Below, in pieces: positions 39,538 to 51,500 of a stretch of 64,000 bases of DNA. Each line of letters opens with the position of its first letter. Positions within the stretch are counted from its first letter, which is position 1. Where the stretch lies: contig OX597817.1 of the NCBI GenBank assembly GCA_951406725.2, forward strand, positions 111,414,001-111,478,000, written 5' to 3'. This stretch comes from Octopus vulgaris. Taxonomy: Eukaryota. The translations under genes and the position numbers were made by a program. Under the pieces are notes generated by a model. That model did no database searches. It saw only the letters and a program-made list of their open reading frames with translations, and was not told where the DNA came from.

Positions 39538-42500
39538 ACATACACACACACATACATACACACACACATACATACACACACGCATACATATACATACATA
39601 CACATACACACACATACACGCATACATATAAACACACATATAAGCCTCTACATTTTACACACGCACACATATATACATACATTCACTCGCACGCATGTAC
39701 ACACACACGCACACATTTACATATATATATATACTATACACTCACACACACATACACACACACACACTCACATACACACCGACAGATATACATACACAAT
39801 ATACACCTATCCACGCACGCACACATACAAACGCACATACATACACTCTCACACAAATGAACCCACACATACATCCCTACACACACACACACGTACAACA
39901 CACATGCACACACGCACTAGGTTAAGCAGTTACTCGCCACACATCCACACTCTACGCATACACATGCACACACACACACACTACAAACAACACACACACA
40001 TGATACATATAGCCCTTTGTTTTTTGACCTGGCTTTGACCTGGCTTGATACAAACAGCTAGTAGTCATAAAGGAGTGCCTTATGACAGCTGACTTTGTCA
40101 TTGCTTATTATTCACCAAAAATACACACACACACACACACACAAACACACTTGTCATCCTTGCACACACACACACACACGCATTCCTTTTTTGAAACTCT
40201 CTTGCTTTTAAAAACCACGATTCGACTACCTCTCAACTTCTGTTCTTTCAACATGTGATCTCTTGAGCACCACCAGCTCAAATATTTTTTCCTCTGTCTT
40301 CCCTTCTTTGGGATCTTTCCTTCTCCTTGTTTCCGACGAAGAGCTCCGCTCGAAACGTTAAACCCTCCTTCCCTTCTTTCCTGAGCGTCAATAATACTTT
40401 AATTGTTCCACGTCCTGCGTTTTTTTCTCTTTTTTTCTGTGTTTTCTTGTTTGGATTAACTATATATATATACACACACACACAACTCATTTTAAGATCC
40501 ACATAGTCATAGAGAGGTATTTGATAACTTCCAAATCAGATGTGCAATCTATGTGGGTGCCTTTTCGGAACATCGTCTGGTTTAAAAAACTACATCAGAT
40601 GCCATGAGGGTTCTAAGGTGTAGGTACAGGAGGTGGTCAAACTCTGCATAAGGCATAGACAACCGCCATATATATATTTATACACACACACATACATACA
40701 CACATTATTTCTTCTCTTTTAGATCTTCTCATGTGTACATGTGTGCATAGTTTTCCTAAGCATATACATTCATGCATTTACATTTAGGACCTAAGAAAAG
40801 AAGTTATCAAATACCTCTCTATGACTTTGTGCCATGTTATATCCTCTTTCTGCTGGTATATTAAAACATGCCATTCTTGAGAATTTGCTTGCTTCAGTTT
40901 CAATATGCTTGAATTGACCCTAAACTCCATCTTATCTTGAAAGCCACACTGAACATTGCATGCAATCTCTCTTTTCAGAACCTTCTTACCTATGGAACTT
41001 TTTTCTCAAACTGCAAATTAACTGATGCAATATTACTTAGTCCCTTGCACCAGAAAAAGCTCAATGCAATAGTAATGAAAAGTAATGATAAAATTGTTTT
41101 GTTTTGTTTTTTTTTTCATTTCTAAAAGATATGTTTGTGTATTGTATTACAGAGGAAAGGTTTTGAAATATATTCAGATTACTGCAACAATCACCCTCAT
41201 GCCTGTGATCAGTTGAAAGAATTGTGTAAAAACAAGCGATATCGACATTTCTTCGAGGTAAGGTGTTAAAACATTCATTATTTCTTTTGATTCATTTAGT
41301 GGAAGTATTACTGGAGCATTGGTGGGTTTGTGGTATTGAAGGTTACTATTGATTGAAGCTAAGCTTGGCATAGATTCTTGAGTATGACAGCCACTGTATG
41401 AGGATATGCTGGAGTTTATCTTAGTTTCATGACATTAAATGGTTGGAAAAAGCAATACTAGTTTGTGTCCATGGGAGAATTTGTACTCATTGTTGCAAGG
41501 TAATGAAACAGTTGTTAGTTGTACAGTTATTCATCATCATCGTTTAATGTCTGTTTTCCACGCCAGCACAGGTTGGACAGTTTGACCGGGGTCTGGTAAG
41601 CCAGGGGCTGCACCAGGCTCCAGTCTGATCTGGCAGTGTTTCTACAGCTGGATGCCCTTCCTAACACCAACCACTCCGCGAGTGTAGTGGGTGCTTTTTA
41701 CATGCCAGGGGAGTCTGGCATCGGCTACAATCGGTTGGTGCTTTTAACGTGCCACCGGCACGGAAGCCAGTCAAGGCGGCACTGGCATCGGCCATGTTCG
41801 GATGGTGCTTTTTGCGTGCCACCGGCACAGGTATCACAACTACTATTTCCATTGATATTTATTTCGATGTTCATGTACTTAACTCAATAGGTCTCCTCAA
41901 GCACAGCGGGATGTTCTGGAATTGAAGGTACTTTGAATGGGCAGGGCTATGCGGGAGTGGTGCAGGAAGCAGCCCGGGTCTTTGCAGTCACAGCATACCT
42001 CCAGAATCTCGGTCCTTCGTCATTGCCTCTGTGAGGCCCAACGCTCTGAGGTCATGCTTGACTACCTCATCCCATGTCTTCCTGGGTCTACCTCTTCCCC
42101 TGATACCTTCAACTGTTTGGGAGTGGCACTTCACACATCTCTCCTCATCCATCCGCAGTACATGACCATACCATCGCAAGCGTCGCTCTTGCACACCACA
42201 TCTGATGCTTCTTATGTCCAGCATTTCTCTCAGGGTGCTTACCCTCTGTCGTGCGCGTACACTGACATTACACATCCAGCAGATCATGCTAGCTTCATTT
42301 CTTTCAAGTCTACGCATGTCCTCTGCAGTCACCGCCCATGTTTCACTACCGTGAAGCATGGCAGTTCGCACACTTGCATCATACAATCTACCTTTCACTC
42401 TGAGCGAGAGACCCTTTGTCGCCAGTGGGGGTAGGAGCTTTCTAAATTTTGCCCAGGCTATTCGTATTCTAGTGGTGACACTCTCTGAGCATCCACCCCC

Positions 42501-45500
42501 ACTACTAACTTGGTCACCCAGGTAGCGGAAACTATCAACTACTTCTAGTTTCTCCCCCTGGAGTGCGATGGAATCTGTTTTCTGAGTATCTGTGGTGTCT
42601 ATTGTCCCTGTGCATCTGCCGCACATGAAAGCCATCTTATCAGTTAATTTCCCTTTGATGTTGCTACACCTCTTATGCGTCTATAGCTTACACTGGGTAC
42701 ATCTTATGGAGTTTCTACCTACACCTTTCCTACAGATCGAGCAGGGCCACCTGCCCGAGGGTGTGTGTGCTGAGTTCGCCTTTTAGCATCCACATTAAGA
42801 TATTCACTTAGTGATGGAACTTGTGCATAGTGAACTCAGTGTATCTTTAATCAAAGCCTGAATCCAGTAAGAAGATGAGCTGTGATAATTTCAAGTGCTG
42901 TAGTCTGAGACTAAATACTTGTGGAATTACTGCAAGTCCATGAGAGTGGAATAGTGTTGCAAACTAATAAAATGCTCATCAATTTCCTAGTTTAATAAAT
43001 AGTTCCTGTCTTGTGTTATCAATTTACAGCTAGGTGAACTGAGCCAGTTGAGAGTTAATTATCTTGGTTACTTACACATTTCAATGGACAATGTCTCTAA
43101 CTGTGCATGAAGAAAAGGGGGACACTAAAGCTTACAAACTGATATTCTAAATGTTGCCAGTTGTGACCCACTGGAATTAGAAACATAAATTAAAACTGCT
43201 TTCCTTTTATCTGTTATGAAGTATTCTTGTCTGGATATTTTTACAAAATTGGTTAGTCCTGTATGGTACCCACAACTGCTTCTCAGATTCTCTACCAGAA
43301 AGAATTTACTACTGCTTTTACATTATAAAACTGAAATCAAAGTAACACCATGCAGCAGATTTAAACTCCTGTTTAATAAATTTTTGGCTATATTTTGTTT
43401 TTATTGTACAGTTAAAAAAAGAATCATATGCTGGTGATACAAGGCCATATGTTTTGTAGAAGGTGTATTCGTTTTAATCCAGATCATTGATACGTCAATG
43501 ATCCTGAGGGCTGGGTTTTATTTTCTCTTCCTGCAATCTTAAGTAGTTGAGAGAGAAATCTCCTTCTGGCCAGTACATTTCTCTGTTGGAGGTAGATTTT
43601 CTTGCAGGCGTGATTGAATTCTATTCTAAAAGTGAACAGAATACTCTACAATTCCACAGTACTGCTGTGGTACCTACTTGAAACTAAGTGAACTTGATTG
43701 CCTTGACAACTGACAGAGTGTAATGTGGGTCTCTGGATACAAACTACCGGATACAAACTACCAACTCTTCCTCTATTGTTACAGCTCTCTGCACACTTTT
43801 TTAATATATCAGGTTCTACTTTTATCAGTTCAAGTAAGATATAATTTCAAGACAAGGTATTTAGTCTCTTGACGTTTTGTTTGTGCTGATCACCAGTTTT
43901 ATCAAGGTCAGAAAAGGTCATGGCCTGAACTTTTTAAACATACCTATCACTGACCATAGTTATTCAATATGCATCAGTTGAATATACAGTTAGAAAGAAA
44001 ATTGGTCTCGAGAAAGGGCTATTAATCAAAGCTACATGTTCTTCCCATTGAGAATTGTAAGATGTGCTTACATTATAAGAATTTAGAAACTTCGAGAAAT
44101 ATTTAGTAACTTATTTTTAACCGTGAAACTCAAAATAATAGTGCATAGAATATTAAATTAAAATACCTCTTGGGCAGCCTTCAGCTTTTGTCTATCCAAG
44201 AGATTTTCAACCCAATATCCAACATTCATAGGTTTATTTATTTTGAGTTACACTGACAAAAATAATTTACTTCATATCTCTCAAAGTTAATTATTATGCA
44301 AACATTTGAAAAGTAGAGTTTTTTTTTTTTTAATAGCTGCTATTTCATTTGTTTTACTGTTTCCATTTCCCCATTGTTCTTTATATCAGTTTTTTCACTA
44401 TCTCTCTGTTTCTTTCTCTCTCTCCCACATTTTTTTCTTTTTTACTTAGCATCTCTCTACCTATTCAATGCATACATATATTGTATTTGAAAGAGGAATG
44501 GTTGTTGAATTCATTCTGACACCTTGGATGCCTTCAGCAGAGTCCACTTTGTTGCAAGCATCTGGACTAGGTTTTCTGTTTGCAAATGTCTCCCTTCCAT
44601 CCACCAGTCTTGGAGGCCCTATGATGGAGCATGTCATTGCCTTCCTTTCTGACTAAAAGATAAAAATTTAAAAAAATTGTCTATATACTATTTAAAAGTA
44701 ATTTTGTGCCATTTAGCTGCAATAGATACTTGTAATCATAAGATATTCTTGGCTTATATTTTGCTAAGAAAACAAATGATAAAGAATTTTTATTTTTTCA
44801 GATACTTTGTTTTTCTTTTTCTCTATTGCTGTAAAAGCTAAAAATTAACATGATGTTTTGGCAGTTTTATTAAAATAGAATTTCTTATGTCAATCTCCTT
44901 TATTGCATTTACCTAATAAGAATTGTAGTACTAAAGTGATGTAATCAATTTCATTCATTGGTGTCTACTTAGTTCTTTTGCTCACATATTTGGTGCTGTG
45001 TACCTGCTACATATGCATACTCATAAGGTCTAGATAGCATCTGAGATTACAGAACAAACCTCCACTTGAGATACATATCATTTCTATGTCTTTCCTACTG
45101 CTACAACAGAAGTCTGTTCTTTTCTGCTTACTGACTCTATACACCCCTTGTCTGATGCACCAATCTATCTTTCTCTCATCAAACCCACCATTGCTTATCC
45201 CTTCTTAGACCCAATACTAAACATTTTGCTAACTAACTTTTTTTTTCCCAAAAATACATCACTTTTGTTTATATATTTTTCGCAACCAAAACACTTATTT
45301 CATTCCTTTATGTAATAAATTCTAGTGGACCTATAAAAAAGGTTCAAGTACAGTTAGCTTCATTTTCAGACTAACTAACCTTTTTAATTTGTAAAACTTA
45401 TTTGACACTTATTAATTTTTGTGTGATATCTTTGCATCAGAACTTAAAGAATAAAATAAAAGTAACTTTTGGTAGTGGTAGATATACACTTAAGCTTTAC

Positions 45501-48500
45501 CCTGAAATGAAGATATTTAAACTAACATAGTTGAAAAATCTTCTCAATATATCACATGGTAATAAACTTGAAAATATGTTTCTCTTTACAAGCTTAATGT
45601 CCTCTTTATCTCCTGCTTTTCTTCTGAATGTATTTCTTGCCTAATGACATACCTTTTCAACCAATACACATACACACACACATTTGATATCCCCTCTCTT
45701 CTTCTTTATCTATCTACCTCCTCTCAATTTTTGTTCCTTTGGTATTATCTTCCAGGGTTGCCGCTTACTACAAGACATGAAACAGATACCATTAGAAGGA
45801 TTCTTACTCACCCCAGTACAGAAAATTTGCAAGTATCCATTACAGTTGGCTGAACTTCTAAAATACACATCAACCTCCCACCCAGATTATCATGATGTCT
45901 GCGAGGCTCTAGATGCTATGAAGAAGATAGCTTGCCTTATTAATGAGAGAAAACGAAGAATGGAAAGTATTGAGAAAATAGCTGAATGGCAGGCAACAGT
46001 CGAAGACTGGGAGGTAAGAGTTCCTCTTGACTATTCTTTATTTGATAACTTCTTTACAATGATAACCACACATTTATTTTGTGGTTTCTGTTACAACATA
46101 ATTTTACTGTGTTATATGATGTTCAAGTGCAATGTATGCATATTACAGAAGTTAGGTGTAGTGGTTAAGGTATTAGGCATAAATCTTGATGCACTTACTT
46201 CTAGGTTAGGCATGGGCAAAAGTTTTTTCTGTAGTGGGCCTAATAGAATACAGTTCATCATAAATCAGGTCACGCCACTGAAAGAATAATTGAAACCTCA
46301 TATGTAGAGCAGTGTACTTTTTGCATAAAAATTTGAGTGAATAATAGAAATAATGGTTTCAAATTTTGGCACAAGGCCAGCAATTTCAGATGAGAGGGCT
46401 AAGTTGATTACATCAGCTCCAGTACTCAACTTGTACTTATTTTATTGAGCTAGAAAGGATGACAAGTAAAGTCAGTCTCTGCAGAATTTGAACTCAGAAC
46501 ATAAAGGTAGATGGAATGCCTCATAAAGGTAGATGGAATGCCCAGTGTGTTGATGATTCTTCCAGCTCAAAAATTGTTCATATTAATGGAATCAGGCTTA
46601 AATACAATGTTACAGAATATTGGTAAAAAATAGTATTGTGTTTTTATGGACATGACATTTTGCATGTGGTATAAAAACACATAGTGGGCCACATGCACCT
46701 GAATGCTCTGTGTTGCTCGTGTCTGGTCTAGATACTTAATGAGACACAGTTGGTTATTAGTTATGGTTTAAGATCAAAAGAAAGACAGAGGGGTGCCATT
46801 ATTAAAACATTAATGATGTACACCAGGCATTTTATACATTTACATATCCATAATGCTGAATCTCCAATCAAATTTACAGATTTCAGTTGCCTGTTTCTAT
46901 GCATTAAGTCTACCAAAGTAGAGATGACTAGAGCCACTCAGCACCAATACAGTGATCAGTGTCACTTTTTTGACATTAAAAAAAATAGAAGGAAAGATCA
47001 GGTGAATATGATATTGGGCTGTCACTTCAATAGCCTTGGGCTCAATAGGCCTGACTGTTATGTTGCACTCAGCTCTATACACTCCAATACATTATGCTAT
47101 TATATCACTGCTACTTTTACAATAGAGGGATAGATATAGCAAGTTCTGGCATAAATTGATCATAATAAGTAGAGATACAAAACCAAATATTCTAGTGGTC
47201 TCCTGCCTCTCGTGCCTCCATCAATCTACCATTTACAGCAAACTTCATATATATTTGAAATTGCTTCATTTTATTTTTCTTCTTATGAAATTTTTCAAGT
47301 GTTATATAACTGAATTAAATTAGATCTCTAGGTGAAGATTTGAGCTGCTAGCATACTTTTTTTGCTGAAGAGGTTTCTTTTAATGAATCATTTCAGAAAT
47401 GTGAACTGAGTTTTTCATTCCACAGAGCAAGAGTTATTTAACTCATTTTTACACCATTAATTATTTTAAAGTATTCGATTTATTGTGTTTAACAACTTTG
47501 AATTTTTTTCCATCAATTCAAAGTTTCTGCCCCACCAGAATTTGTAATAGGTTTGTAACCCATTAGAATAGTAGTTTAGTAAGAGAGCTTGTTCTCAATA
47601 TGTACTTTTTACATTACTGCAGCAGACATCAGTTACATTTAGTTTATGGTTCTATCTGTGTATATGTTTTCCCATATGTGTATCCACAAGAATGAAGCAG
47701 CTTGCATGGGAAGGTCAATGAGATATTTAGTGACAGATGAAGTGAAGAGAAGTGCTGTGGCACTTTGCAACCTTACATGTTTTCATCACTATTGTATAGA
47801 AATGAAATAAAGTTGTATATGATGAAAAAAAACAACTTTGGTGGTTCCTTTAAAATGAATGGAATAGCACATAGAAATATCATTTATGCACTGAAAATTT
47901 AGAGTTCTATTGGGAAACTTGTCAGCTCAACTGTATTAATACCTTTCTATGTTTATCCAGTATTGTTATTGTTTTAGATTGCTTAACAACCACTAATCTG
48001 TGTGGTATCTTCTGTACTAGTTGTATAGTTTGGTTAAACTCTAAATCAAATCTCTTATCTCAATTCATATCCCATTAAATACTTGGATTATATATTTTAA
48101 TCTTGTTTAGGATATTTTAACAAGAGTTTTGGAGATCCATAGAAAAGAATTTAACAAAATCCAACACACTTAAGAACCTGATTTCTTGATAGTGTCACTC
48201 TAGATTATATTTTGATATCTAGCAGTTCTTAATTGACTCTCATATCAAGTTAACTTTTAATGTAACAGATAGTTGTTGTTTAGCTTCATGCAGACCTATG
48301 ATCAGAGTTCAGAAGTTCCACCCATAAACATATATTTCTTTCTCTGCTAAGGTATAGTTTCTGTAGAACTATTTCATGTGTCTTTCCTTTTTAAGAGAGG
48401 TGTTATTTAAGGTAGATTTCTAACAAGTCCTGTAACTAGTTTAAATCCTTATATTTGGTAGCTCTTTGACATGAAATATTTTGAGCCAACAGTTTAATAA

Positions 48501-51500
48501 TATATCTGGGCACCAGCATAGCTAGAGGGAGGCAGAGGGGGTGGTCCACCTAGAGCAGCATCACTTTTGAGTCTGCTGTAGGCAATATGTATTTTTTGTG
48601 GGGACCTGGGGCAACAGGCTGAAGGGCCATCCCAGGCGCCACAACACTCTGGTTACGCTAGTGTAGGTGGGATGTACTATTATTTATGTACAAAGATATG
48701 TACACTGTACTTCTTCAATTTAATTTACAAATCATTGGAAGAGGAATTCAAGGTGGCAAGAGCCAGAGAAGTGGTCCAGTACAGGGACTCTTGTGATCCA
48801 AAAGTGGCTAAAGCAGGGATCCAAGTGAGGACTGGCAGGAAGTGGAGAGCAGAGGACGCAGTTCAAGAGGCAGAGGCAAGGCTGTGCCAAAGGAAACTTG
48901 GGGTAGGTTCTTTTCCAACTCCCCAAACAAACACCAGCGGGAAGAAAGGGTGTTGCCTTGTTCAGGAGAAGGTGAGAACTGCAGTGGAGGAAATGAGAAC
49001 ATGCAAGGCAGTGGGAATGACGCATCAGGGAGCTTGGAAAGATGGGAGAATGCAGTTGAGAGGAAAATGACCTGGGCTGAGCTGTGGAAAGCCAAGCCTC
49101 ACCACATTAAATTCCTCATCCAGGCAGTGTACGATGTGCTTCCAAGCCCATCAAACCTGCACACATGGGGCATAGCAGAGACACCACCATGTGTGTTGTG
49201 TTCCAAGTAAAGAACCCTGGAACACATCCTCAGCTTCTGCACTGGGGCACTTGGAGAAGGAGGGTACCGTTGAAGGCATGACCAAGTCCTTAAGACCATC
49301 ACTGAAGCCATCGGCACAGGACCTGTGTGGGTGAAGTGGTTCCGACCCTCCAAGAAAACCATCACCTTTGTCAGAGCTGAGGAACAGCCAACCCATGCCT
49401 GAAAAGCATCTGCAAGGGACTGGCAGCTACTGGTGGATCTTGAGCATTAGCTGAAGTTCCCTGGCCACATTGCGGTCACCACCCTGCGACCAGACATTGT
49501 CCTCGTGTCTGAGTCCACCAAGCAAGTGCTGTTGCTGGAGCTGATTGTCCCATGGGAAGATCGCCTGGAAGAAGCTTTTGAGAGAAAGCTCTCCAAGTAC
49601 ACAGATCTGGTCAGTGACTGCCAGCGGGCTGGTTGGAGAGCATTGTGTCTCCCAGTGGCGGTTGGATGCAGGGGTTTCACAGTCCGTTCCCTGACAGAGC
49701 CTTCAGTTAGGGCATCAAGGGAGTGAGAAGGAAGAAGGCCATCTGCAGTACCACTGATGTAGCAGAGAGGTGCCTCAAGACAGCTGTTAATGAAGTAATT
49801 AAAGCTAAATTGTAGGCTTTCTTCACTTGTGGGTATGCTTGTTCAAGTCTGTTAGTTTTCAACTATCTTACAAGTGAAAATTGTTTTTATGTTCTGGTTT
49901 TCTGAATAGTGAAAGTGTTAAACATATTTCTGTTATACAGTTCTATATTTAAGAGATGAGGAATTATATACATTATTTACATTTGACTGATATTTGTCCT
50001 TATATGGCATAGTGGTTAAGAGTGCAGGCTACTAACCTCAAGATTCCGAGTTCAATTCCAGGCAGTGATCTGAATAATAGTAATAATAATAATAATAACA
50101 ACAACAACATAAAAAATACCTTAGGAATGAGAACCCAGGCTTGAAATTTCCCCCAAGTTACCTGATGAAAGCTGGAGAGTGTATCAGCCGAAATATTGTG
50201 TTAACAACAAACAAGATGAGGACAACTATCTGTCAAATGTAAATAATATATTTCTGTTAATCTGTCAAGAAGCACCAGAATTACTTTTGTTGTTGCAACA
50301 TCATTAAAAATGTCTCCAGTTAATCAGCTTGTATCTTTTTACCTTCTTTACTGAGATAGTTCTAACAACTACCAACATCTAACTACCACCATTAAAATTA
50401 CTTCTGTTTTTTTTTTTTTATTATATAGATTTAAGACTTTGAAATAGCTGCCAGTCATATTCTTTTTATTTTATATTTGTCTACAATCTTCAAACTTCCT
50501 CGTATTTTAGTGTTAAAAGGTTTTGTTTTTCCATATAACATTTGTTTGTGGTTTTTATATATATTGTAGAATTTTGTAGTGGATTAAGTTCTTTTCATCT
50601 AGATTTATACTTCGCTTCTTATATATACAATACCAACAGAGTGTTCTGTCTGTCATCTGAGAAGATTAAGATTTTAAAATTGCAGTTATATTGCTATAGA
50701 TTTATTTTTAATGTTTTTGAGTGAAAATAAAATGTTTTCCTTTGACTTTTCTTTTAAATTTTAAGTTTTAGTATTTCCAACTGGGGAAATACTACTGTAT
50801 ATTTGTGACTGATAAGTCAGTCTGGAAATTAACTTTGAGATCTAATGTTATATGATAGTCATGATCAAGTTGCTACATTTTAGTGTTACTAATTAACAGA
50901 GACTAAGACTTGCATTCCAATTTAAATCTAGCTATAACTAATATGTTTTCCTTATACAATTTTATTTTATTATTTAATTTCAATAAATACCTAATTAAAG
51001 CAAAATTAAACACTTGCTAGGGATAAAGAGATCTATTTCTCAAAGAACTTTTGATACCATCCCACCTGAGACTGTCTCTATTTCTATGACAGAAACTTTC
51101 TTCTTTAATGTGATATGAACTAAAAGATTCTATCAAAAATTTTTGTTAGTTTATACTCCAAACACCAGCTTAATGATGATAAATTTATTTTACTAAATTC
51201 TTTATTTTCGAAATTATTTGAAGCAAAGGCAGTATATTTTAACAGAAATATGGTAACAAAAGCATATGCATAAGATTTTGTTCACTATTTTACATCTATT
51301 TTTTTATATGCTTGTTTAATACCTGAAACTCAGATTTTCCCTGCATGTAAAATGTATTCTAAACATCATATACTCAGCACTATGTGTAACTATGTAGTAG
51401 TTTGTAACTTTCCTTGGATTAATGAAGCAAAAAATAACTACACACATTTTGTCATTACATATGTGATCTAAATGGTAACAAATAAAGACAGTCTTAATTA

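Noticed and set aside
39298-40038. Overlapping long ORFs (up to 214 aa) rich in H/T/Y or C/V/M
   Set aside because: Translations of CA/TG microsatellite. The degenerate 3' half may also include assembly or consensus noise.
41937-42434. Plus-strand 165-aa ORF
   Set aside because: Antisense to the RTE ORF.
50005-50070. tRNA gene candidate (also the heads at ~12270-12342 and ~54195-54265)
   Set aside because: A/B boxes are present but there is no convincing acceptor stem or cloverleaf; these are SINE heads.
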